Of a stretch of DNA of 16,589 nt, positions 1 to 7,117 are shown piece after piece (within the stretch, counting starts at the first letter, position 1; the number at the start of each line of letters is the position of its first letter). Location of the stretch: NCBI GenBank assembly GCA_018304175.1, contig JAGVWT010000014.1:1-16589 (forward strand). Reading direction: 5' to 3'. The position numbers and the translations under genes are program-made. The DNA is from Candidatus Pacearchaeota archaeon (GTDB taxonomy: Archaea; Nanobdellota; Nanobdellia; Pacearchaeales; GW2011-AR1). The notes under the pieces were generated by a model, which was not told where the DNA came from, ran no database searches, and saw only the letters and a list, made by a program, of their open reading frames with translations.

Positions 1-1
1 A

Positions 2-307
2 GGAATTTCTCTTGTTTTGGCGACGCAGCAACCAGGACAAATTCATAGAGATGTTATGACTCAATCTGACATTGTAATTTCACACCGAGTTACATCACAA
101 CCTGATTTAGAAGCATTGAATTATATTATGCAAAGCTATCTTCTTGAAAGCATAAAAAAATACATGGATGATTTACCTGACTTGAAAGGTTCAGCAATTA
201 TACTTGACGATAATTCAGAAAGAATTTATCCTATGAGGATACGTCCGAGATTCACATGGCATGGGGGAGAAGCACCGACTGCAATTAGAGTAGAGAAGAA
301 GTTATGA
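2..307 (+). CDS. HerA/FtsK-superfamily (DUF87/DUF853-like) ATPase, C-terminal fragment, 5'-truncated by the window
   Basis: The frame is open from base 2 (GISLVL-ATQQPG), so the TTG at 17 is not the real start. A hydrophobic strand followed by ATQxP, then 'VMTQSDIVISHRV' and 'GSAIILDD', matches the C-terminal motifs of HerA-like ATPases. Confidence 0.75.
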   Translation, partial: GISLVLATQQPGQIHRDVMTQSDIVISHRVTSQPDLEALNYIMQSYLLESIKKYMDDLPDLKGSAIILDDNSERIYPMRIRPRFTWHGGEAPTAIRVEKKL

Positions 308-312
308 AATTA

Positions 313-1266
313 TCACAAAACCTTGAAATCAATTCTGACACGGAATTTGTAAGGTGCAATTTCACCTGCTTTTTTTACATTGAGGATTTTTATTTTCTTT
401 TTTGATTTTTTCGCCTCCTCATTTATTTTTTTCTTAACTGATGGAATTTCTTCCTCTTTGCAAAAATCATAGTAAAATACAACTGTATTTTTTTTGCTCA
501 ATGAAAACGCTTCTTTCAAAAAACTTTCTTTAAGTTGAGGGCGCGGCATGACAATAAAATCGAATTCGTGGGGCACCAAGGTTCCCCTTACGATAACCCC
601 TCCTTTAATTGCTCGTTCGTTATCACTCACTCTATTTGATATCACTCCAAGTCGGCGTCCCGCACGACTTTCCACATAATTTTTATTTAACAGATAATTC
701 TGTTTAGATATCTTTTTGTTAATTTGCGAACGCGAGTGAGCAAGTATTTTTTTAACAGTTTTTCTTATATCTCCTTGGATTATCTGAACATTATCTTTGA
801 GTTTGTTAAGTTCAACATTCAGTTTTGCGTATTTGCTTGCTTCTTTGTTAATTTCAGCTGAATAAACTTTTGCTTTGGATTTTTTTGCTATAACAATGCT
901 ATAAGGGGCAACTCCAGCAAACATTACCAAAACTTTTGAAGATTTTTTAATTTTTGAAGCAATCTCTTTCCTTTCATTGCTTAATCGTGGGGAAAAGTAT
1001 GTTTTGTCTACATTAAATCTGAAAACGCATTCATTTTCCCTGTAGAGTGCTTCTTTAGTTTTAATTCCTAACAAATGCTTTGTCTGCTGTTTTCTTAGCC
1101 TTCCCTTGAATTTTCCGGTTTTTTCAAGAACTGTTTTAATTGTAGGATTTTTTTTCAGCAACTTTTCAGCAATTTTTTTCTTTTCTTTTCCTTTCATATT
1201 TCGCGAGAATTTCAAAATTGCTATATTTCCCACAATATCAAAACCTTTTAGATTTTCAATTTTCAT
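313..1266 (-). CDS. trm5: tRNA (guanine-37-N1) methyltransferase, Trm5/Met-10+ family, lacking the N-terminal D1 domain and carrying a ~55-59 aa in-frame insertion
   Basis: Motifs FDIVGNIAI, ENECVFRFNVDKTYFSPRLSNER, SAM-binding MFAGVAPY, AEIN, GDIRK, FDFIVMPRP, YYDF and YKFRVRIDF. Confidence 0.9.
   Translation of the reverse strand: MKIENLKGFDIVGNIAILKFSRNMKGKEKKKIAEKLLKKNPTIKTVLEKTGKFKGRLRKQQTKHLLGIKTKEALYRENECVFRFNVDKTYFSPRLSNERKEIASKIKKSSKVLVMFAGVAPYSIVIAKKSKAKVYSAEINKEASKYAKLNVELNKLKDNVQIIQGDIRKTVKKILAHSRSQINKKISKQNYLLNKNYVESRAGRRLGVISNRVSDNERAIKGGVIVRGTLVPHEFDFIVMPRPQLKESFLKEAFSLSKKNTVVFYYDFCKEEEIPSVKKKINEEAKKSKKKIKILNVKKAGEIAPYKFRVRIDFKVL
566..623. repeat. Palindromic (REP/MITE-like) element, copy A, inside the trm5 coding sequence
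   Basis: 570-608 matches 12287-12325 at 33/39 nt without gaps. Both copies start TCGT and end TCGYTCGTTAT (613-623 vs 12343-12353). Core hairpin GGGG(C/A)ACC-AA-GGTTCCCC. Confidence 0.8.
649..670. repeat. GC-rich hairpin AAGTCG-GCG-TCC-CGC-A-CGACTT within the trm5 insertion
   Basis: 9-bp stem with a one-base bulge, read directly from the sequence; strikingly GC-rich for this background. Confidence 0.6.
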
Positions 1267-1287
1267 GAATACTAAAATACAAGAAAG

Positions 1288-1295
1288 TTTATAAA
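1288..1295. promoter_or_regulatory. Palindromic TATA box TTTATAAA, probably shared by the divergent trm5 and membrane-protein genes
   Basis: The only clear TATA box in a 49-nt intergenic gap. It lies 20 nt from the ATG at 1316 (+) and 21 nt from the ATG at 1266 (-), with purine-rich BRE-like flanks on both strands. Confidence 0.6.
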
Positions 1296-1315
1296 AACTA
1301 TTTCTTTATTTTATT

Positions 1316-1792
1316 ATGCAAAAAGGGAGTTTTTTGATATTTTTTGGATTTGTTTTGATTGGTATGATTGGTTTTGTAAGCGCCCAGTATTACGGAGGAT
1401 ATGGCTACGGGAGTTTTGGATATTTTAACTTGGATGATTCAACAGTTCTGCTCGGAATAATATTTTTAGTATCTTTCGGATTGCTTTATTATCCTTTATC
1501 AAGGTTTTTTAGGGACAATACAATAATAGCTGCAGTAATTACCTTTGCACTTTCTTTCGGAATAACTTGGTGGGTTTACAGAAGTGGTATAACTTATGAC
1601 CTGTATTTTTATAATTTATTCAGCTTTTTACCAAGTGATTTTTTAGCAACAATTTTGCCTTTGGTTTTTTTAGCTTTGGTAGCACTCATGATCTGGAAAT
1701 TAAAATTTTCTAGAACTCTTTTAATTATAGGGGGATTTTTAGTAATATTAAGCCTTACAGAGTTTGTCGTTGATGGAAAAGGAATAATGTAG
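1316..1792 (+). CDS. Multi-pass membrane protein with signal peptide, apparently interrupted near 1787-1792
   Basis: Signal-peptide-like N-terminus ending VSA, then a Y/G-rich segment (QYYGGYGYGSFGY) and about 4 hydrophobic helices. Ends abruptly at KGIM-TAG. Confidence 0.75.
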   Translation: MQKGSFLIFFGFVLIGMIGFVSAQYYGGYGYGSFGYFNLDDSTVLLGIIFLVSFGLLYYPLSRFFRDNTIIAAVITFALSFGITWWVYRSGITYDLYFYNLFSFLPSDFLATILPLVFLALVALMIWKLKFSRTLLIIGGFLVILSLTEFVVDGKGIM

Positions 1793-2033
1793 GAAAAGGC
1801 GAGGAAATAATCCAAATAATTCTTCATCAAGAATTGATATTTTAATAAGTGAAGCAAAAGCTTATAGGCATTGGGCGGATAAAACTGATAATCCTAAATT
1901 TTACAGAAGCTGGGCTGGTTATTTGGGATATTTAAAAAATAGGGGATATGGTAGTGGTGAAAAAGAAATATGTAGAAGATTGAATGTAACTTCTCGCGAC
2001 ATACTGAATGTAGTTAAGAGACATATAAGGTAA
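1788..2033 (+). pseudogene. Probable out-of-frame C-terminal cytoplasmic domain of the 1316 membrane protein (81 codons, no ATG)
   Basis: The +1 frame opens right after a TAA at 1785-1787. It reads CRKRRGNNPNNSSSRIDILISEAKAYRHWADKTDNPKFYRSWAGYLGYLKNRGYGSGEKEICRRLNVTSRDILNVVKRHIR* and has no start codon. Confidence 0.65.
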
Positions 2034-2116
2034 TTTTTCGTTCTTTGCAGTTTAGTAACTATTTTAAAATTACTACATTTAGAAAAATTTATAAAGAGCT
2101 TTTTTCTAAGAAATTT

Positions 2117-2388
2117 ATGTTATTTTCAAGAAAGGAAAAACTTAGAGTAATTACACAAATGATAACAGAGATGCAGATTTATATCCTGTAGAATCAAAGG
2201 TATCTTTTTTGAATAGAAGAAACGGAATCTATGTATATAATTGTGATAGTGATAAGGTTTATCTCCACACTTCTCAAGGGTATTTAGACTCAAATATAAA
2301 CAGAGATAATCAGTTGTCAGTTAAGGCTCAAGGAACACGGGATTTTGTTAGGGATTTTTATAGGTATTTATTTGAAATATCTCAATAA
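2117..2388 (+). pseudogene. Small hypothetical gene (~90 aa) split by an apparent single-base frameshift near 2157
   Basis: TTTATAAA at 2088-2095 lies 21 nt before the ATG at 2117 (MLFSRKEKLRVITQ). That frame stops after 24 codons. The -1 frame (open 2146-2388) reads NDNRDADLYPVESKVSFLNRRNGIYVYNCDSDKVYLHTSQGYLDSNINRDNQLSVKAQGTRDFVRDFYRYLFEISQ*. Confidence 0.55.
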
Positions 2389-2394
2389 AAATAA

Positions 2395-3438
2395 TTAAAA
2401 CCACTTACCTAAATTTCTCTGTTTGTTTTTTTCTTTCGCGTCACGAAGTTTTTCAAGTTGCTTTTCAACTCTCTCATCTGAGAAGTCGTGGTCTTGAACG
2501 AGAATTTTCTTGATTTTTTTTTCATCTATTTCAGGAAATTTGAATTTTTCATCTTTGACATTTGCCTTATGGAATAATTCGAAAATTTCTTTCCAGTCAA
2601 ATTTGTCTTCATCACTAAGATTTAAGAATTGTTCTTCAATACTTTTGAAAATTAAAACAGGCTGTTTGTATTTTTGCACTATCTGAAGTGCTTTTTTCTG
2701 TCCGATTCCAGGAATGCCGCGAGGATTGTAGTCTGTACCAACAAGAATTCCAAGACATATCAATTGGTCAAGATTTATTCCTAGAAAGTTTAGAACTTTA
2801 TCAAGTTCGATTATCTCTGGTTTGACTTCAACCCAACCTGAAAAAGTTTTTCTTTTTCTTGCTAAAGTTAAATTTCTTATAAGTCTCGGAGTCCCGAAGA
2901 GCAAACTGTCATAATCTTGACTTACACTTGCAAAAATTTTATCCTGATTTTTTCTACATAAATATGCTGCTTCTGCTTCTCCTTCGCTCGGAGCTTGAAT
3001 TATTGGAATGCCCATAGAAACTAAAAGTTCTTTGCTTTCTTGAATCATTTCATCATTTAATCTTGTTAATTGTGAGCTGTAACGTCGCATTAATTCTAAA
3101 TCATCTGCTTTTCTCGCGGCTTCATATTTTTCCTTTGTGGAATCTCTGAACTCTTTTCTTTTACTATGTATTTTGTGTTTTAATTCAGGGGCTTCACCAT
3201 CAAAAACATAAACAAGGCTTAATCCTTCTGATAATAAAGAAATGTTTCTGTAGAATAATCCTGACAAGTGTGATGTGACTCTTTTTTTTGAGTCCATTAA
3301 AGGAGTGCCGTCTGGCTGTCGTACAGTTGTGAGAAACTGATAAAGTATGTTAAATGCGTCGACACAAAGTATTTTACCTCTCAGTTCTGGAATTTCAATT
3401 TCCCTTCTTGGAATTATTTCGCTTATATTCAATCCCAT
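2395..3438 (-). CDS. fen1: Flap endonuclease 1
   Basis: Motifs DAFNILYQFL, RQPDGTPL, TSHLSGLFYR, VFDG, APSEGEAEAA, SQDYDSLLFG, GTDYNPRGIPGIG and C-terminal PIP box QRNLGKWF. Confidence 0.97.
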   Translation of the reverse strand: MGLNISEIIPRREIEIPELRGKILCVDAFNILYQFLTTVRQPDGTPLMDSKKRVTSHLSGLFYRNISLLSEGLSLVYVFDGEAPELKHKIHSKRKEFRDSTKEKYEAARKADDLELMRRYSSQLTRLNDEMIQESKELLVSMGIPIIQAPSEGEAEAAYLCRKNQDKIFASVSQDYDSLLFGTPRLIRNLTLARKRKTFSGWVEVKPEIIELDKVLNFLGINLDQLICLGILVGTDYNPRGIPGIGQKKALQIVQKYKQPVLIFKSIEEQFLNLSDEDKFDWKEIFELFHKANVKDEKFKFPEIDEKKIKKILVQDHDFSDERVEKQLEKLRDAKEKNKQRNLGKWF

Positions 3439-3473
3439 GTTATAATAGTGTAAAAGAGTTATAAAAATTTAAT

Positions 3474-3959
3474 CTATTTATCCAATCTTCTTTTTGCATA
3501 TTCTACTGTTCCCCGAAATGTGCCTGTGACTTGACCGTCACTCATATCTCTTAAAGGAGTTATTCCATAAGGCCCAAATTTATACCCAAAATTATCTAAC
3601 AAAGCCTCTCTCATTTTTCTGACGTCGCCGTCACCAGGTTTTCCATGTTCTACCAAATGATCATAAATCTTTTGTGCTGATGTTAAAAAACCCTCGTAAG
3701 TGGTATTGCTTACTCTTCGTTTTCTCGGCTTAGAAATCGGACCTGTTTTTTCTGGTTCTATTTTTTTCTCTAAACCACCTCTAATCAGGTCAAAAGTTGG
3801 CTGCCTGCCTTTATCATAGAGTTTTTTTTCTGCATTTGATAAATTATTTCTATTAATACCCAACTCAACACAAATTTCATAAAAACCTGAAGCATCCCCA
3901 ATATCATAAGCTCTAAGTTTTCTTGATTCTGGGCTAATTTGAAATTGCCTTTTTTCCAT
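3474..3959 (-). CDS. Hypothetical protein, 161 aa
   Basis: Long ORF with normal composition and an AGGAG Shine-Dalgarno-like site upstream; no family recognised. Confidence 0.7.
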   Translation of the reverse strand: MEKRQFQISPESRKLRAYDIGDASGFYEICVELGINRNNLSNAEKKLYDKGRQPTFDLIRGGLEKKIEPEKTGPISKPRKRRVSNTTYEGFLTSAQKIYDHLVEHGKPGDGDVRKMREALLDNFGYKFGPYGITPLRDMSDGQVTGTFRGTVEYAKRRLDK

Positions 3960-4052
3960 ATTTTAACTCCTATTTAGTGATATATAAATCTTTTTGTTCA
4001 TAAAAAACCTAGTATCAATAAATAATATAAAACACAGTTATTTTAAAGTTTT

Positions 4053-6515
4053 ATGAAAACAGATTTTATTCCAATTGATTATGACTATTTTGATTTTGAA
4101 GGGAGAAATTACGTGAAAATTATAGGAAGGGATTCTAAAGGAAAAAGGGTTTGTGTGATTGACTCATGTCCTGTGTATTTATGGGCAATACTTGAAGACA
4201 AAATCGGAAAAGAAAAAATGAACAAGATTATTGGGGATGTAAAAAAAATAGAAGTTGAATCAAGAGGCAGAAAAACACAGGTTGAGAAAGTTGAGATTCA
4301 CGACAAAAATTTTCTTGGGGAAAAAGTGAAAGCTTTGAAAATTTTTGCAACAAATTACAAGGATTTGCACGATATTGCTGACTATTTGAATATAGAAGGA
4401 ATAAAAAAAAGACGCGGTTATGATTTGGGATTTATAAGCCACTACATAATTGAAAAAAACTTTCTACCATTAAATTGGTACGAGATAAGTGGAGAAATGC
4501 TGAATAATTCATTTGAATTTGGTGGAATTGATGCTGCATTGAATGTTGATTTGTGCATAAAAGTTGATAAAATAAAGAAAATAGATGAAAAAAAATTCTC
4601 TCCGAGAGTTATTGCTTATGATATAGAAGCCGATGATTTCAAGATAGGTGAAGGAGAAATTCTTATGGTGTCTCTGGTTTCAAATACTGGAATTAATAAA
4701 GTAATAACATGGAAAGGACACGACTCAAAAAAATTAGGCTATGTTGAATATGTTAAAGATGAGGCAGAATTGCTTGAAAGATTTGTCAGTGAAATAAAGA
4801 AATCCTCTCCCGATTTTCTCGTAGGATATTTTTCAGATGGTTTTGATTTACCTTATTTAAAGGCAAGAGCAGAAAAACATAAAGTTTCATTGTCTTTAGG
4901 AATTGATGGAAGCCAGCCAAGATTTTATCGTGGTAGAATCCCGACGGGAAAAATAAATGGAATAGTCCATGTTGACTTGCTTAGGTTTATTCAGACAGCT
5001 TATTCCCAGTATATGCAGTCAGAAACACTTTCTTTAGATGAAGTTGCAAATGAATTTCTTGGAGAAAGGAAAAAAAATTTCAAATTCAAACATTCTTCAA
5101 AAATTAGCAAGGAAGAGTGGAAAAACTTTTTTGAATATAATCTACACGATTCTGTTTTAGCTTTAAAATTGTTTGAAAAATTTTGGCCTGATTTGTTTGA
5201 ATTCACAAGAATAATGCAAGAGCCATTGTTTGATGTTTCAAGGAATGGGATGTCAAATAACGTTGAAGATTACATTTTACATAATTTGAAAAAATTTAAT
5301 GAAATTCCTGAAAAGAAACCAATTCATGAGGAAATATCTGAGAGGAGAAATATGGAAAAATACGAGGGTGCATTTGTATTTGAGCCGATTCCGGGCTTGT
5401 ATGAAAACATAGTTGTATTTGATTTTACAAGTAGCTATGGGAGCACAATTGTTACTTATAATTTATCAAAGTCAACCTTTCTCGAAAAACCTGAAAAGAA
5501 TTCCCATAACATTGAGATTCTTGGAAAAAAAGTTTATTTCTCAAAAATCCCTGGTTTTTTCCCAGAAATGCTGAAGGAAATTATTGAAAAAAGAAAAAAA
5601 TACAAAAGAGAGCTGAAAGAAAAGCCCGACGCTGTCAAAACAGCAAGAAGCAATGCTTACAAATTACTTGCAAATGCCTCTTATGGATATCAGGGATTTT
5701 TTGGAGCAAGGTATTATTGTAGAGAAGCCGCGGCTGCAACTGCTGCATTTGCAAGAAAAGCGATTAAGGATTCTATAAAAAAGATAGACTCTGAAGGATA
5801 CAAAACTATTTACAGCGACACTGACAGCATTGCCTTTTTGATGAATGATAAAAAAGAGTCTGAAGTTCTAAATTTTTTGGAAAAACTAAACTCAGAACTT
5901 CCAGGAATCATGGAACTTGAACTTGAAGGGTTTTTTAAAAGGGGAATCTGGGTTACAAAACGTTCTGGAGTTTTGGGAGCGAAAAAGAAATATGCTTTGA
6001 TTGAAAAGAATAACAGGCTAAAAATTCGTGGTTTTGAAACAGTAAGGAGAGACTGGTGTAATTTAGCAAGAAATGTTCAGAACCAAGTTTTGAAGTTTGT
6101 TCTTGAGGACGGAAATGATAAAATGGCACTGGAATATGTTAAAGGAATAATAAATAAAGTCAAAAAAAGAGAAGTCAATAGAGAAGATTTGATAATAAGA
6201 ACTCAGCTCAAAAAACCGATTTCAGAGTACAAAGCAATTTCTCCGCATGTGATAGCTGCAAAAAAAATGCAGGAAAGGGAAATTCCAATAAGCATGGGAA
6301 ATCTTGTTGAGTATTACGTTGCCGAAACAAAAGGAAAGGAGAAAAAACTTGTTCGTGATAGAGTTAAATTGCTTGATGAGAAAGGAAATTATGATGTAAA
6401 ATATTACTTGGAACATCAGATTCTGCCTGCAGTTGAAAACATATTACAGGTTTTTAACATTGAACCTAAAGAAATTATCGACGGAAAAAAACAGACAAAG
6501 TTGGGAGATTTTTGA
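4053..6515 (+). CDS. polB: Family B DNA polymerase with 3'-5' exonuclease domain
   Basis: ExoI YDIEAD, ExoII SDGFDLPYL, ExoIII YNLHD. Polymerase motifs DFTSSYGS (A), KLLANASYGY (B), YSDTDS (C), then KKKYA, RGFETVRRDW, YYLEHQILP and C-terminal PIP-like QTKLGDF. Confidence 0.96.
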   Translation: MKTDFIPIDYDYFDFEGRNYVKIIGRDSKGKRVCVIDSCPVYLWAILEDKIGKEKMNKIIGDVKKIEVESRGRKTQVEKVEIHDKNFLGEKVKALKIFATNYKDLHDIADYLNIEGIKKRRGYDLGFISHYIIEKNFLPLNWYEISGEMLNNSFEFGGIDAALNVDLCIKVDKIKKIDEKKFSPRVIAYDIEADDFKIGEGEILMVSLVSNTGINKVITWKGHDSKKLGYVEYVKDEAELLERFVSEIKKSSPDFLVGYFSDGFDLPYLKARAEKHKVSLSLGIDGSQPRFYRGRIPTGKINGIVHVDLLRFIQTAYSQYMQSETLSLDEVANEFLGERKKNFKFKHSSKISKEEWKNFFEYNLHDSVLALKLFEKFWPDLFEFTRIMQEPLFDVSRNGMSNNVEDYILHNLKKFNEIPEKKPIHEEISERRNMEKYEGAFVFEPIPGLYENIVVFDFTSSYGSTIVTYNLSKSTFLEKPEKNSHNIEILGKKVYFSKIPGFFPEMLKEIIEKRKKYKRELKEKPDAVKTARSNAYKLLANASYGYQGFFGARYYCREAAAATAAFARKAIKDSIKKIDSEGYKTIYSDTDSIAFLMNDKKESEVLNFLEKLNSELPGIMELELEGFFKRGIWVTKRSGVLGAKKKYALIEKNNRLKIRGFETVRRDWCNLARNVQNQVLKFVLEDGNDKMALEYVKGIINKVKKREVNREDLIIRTQLKKPISEYKAISPHVIAAKKMQEREIPISMGNLVEYYVAETKGKEKKLVRDRVKLLDEKGNYDVKYYLEHQILPAVENILQVFNIEPKEIIDGKKQTKLGDF

Positions 6516-6574
6516 AATTAATTTGGTTTCTCCTTAAGACAACATTTATAAATAGTTTAATCAAAACACATTTT

Positions 6575-7063
6575 ATGAGAAGTATAATTAATCCCCTTAT
6601 TGATGTAGCATTAACTCGTATTTGGAATGATAACATGGGACTCATTTTCTTAAACGGAGACACTTATTTAGATTTAGATAAAGTAAAATTTTATGGATAT
6701 CACTTAAAGGTAACTCGCGCTTCCATAGATGCAATCATTAGAGGTATTGAGAACGAAGATAAATTTCCAGCCGTACCTGTGTATAAAACAGGTATAAAAA
6801 CTTATGAACTAGTAATACATAAAATGAGGCAGGATCTCAGATTTAATGATGGAGGTCACACCCGTTCAGTTGCTCATAAATTAACTCACAAACCATTGCT
6901 GGTTGAAATTCTTAATAAAGATAGCAAAGTTCCGTTTTTCAGATATAATCACTTAAATCTAATGCCTTTAACATGGAGAAAACACATAAGTGATATTCAA
7001 ATAGTAGACGATGGAGGAATAGATTACAAAAATCGTAAGGAGAGAGATGGAAGGTATAGGTAA
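6575..7063 (+). CDS. Stand-alone ParB/sulfiredoxin-fold (ParBc-like) protein, 162 aa; start re-called at ATG 6575
   Basis: The pattern IDAIIRGIENEDKFPAVPV...YEL...DGGHTRSVAH...PLLVEIL follows the ParB/Srx core. TTTATAAA at 6545-6552 lies 22 nt before ATG 6575, favouring it over the TTG at 6512. Confidence 0.55.
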   Translation: MRSIINPLIDVALTRIWNDNMGLIFLNGDTYLDLDKVKFYGYHLKVTRASIDAIIRGIENEDKFPAVPVYKTGIKTYELVIHKMRQDLRFNDGGHTRSVAHKLTHKPLLVEILNKDSKVPFFRYNHLNLMPLTWRKHISDIQIVDDGGIDYKNRKERDGRYR

Positions 7064-7117
7064 ACGCTTTACTTTAGAGTAAATTATTTCACACTATTTC
7101 TAACATAAAGTATAACT

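Noticed and set aside
7033-7040. TCGTAAGG, matching the first 8 nt of the palindromic element
   Set aside because: No second arm or flanking similarity; a chance match within coding sequence.
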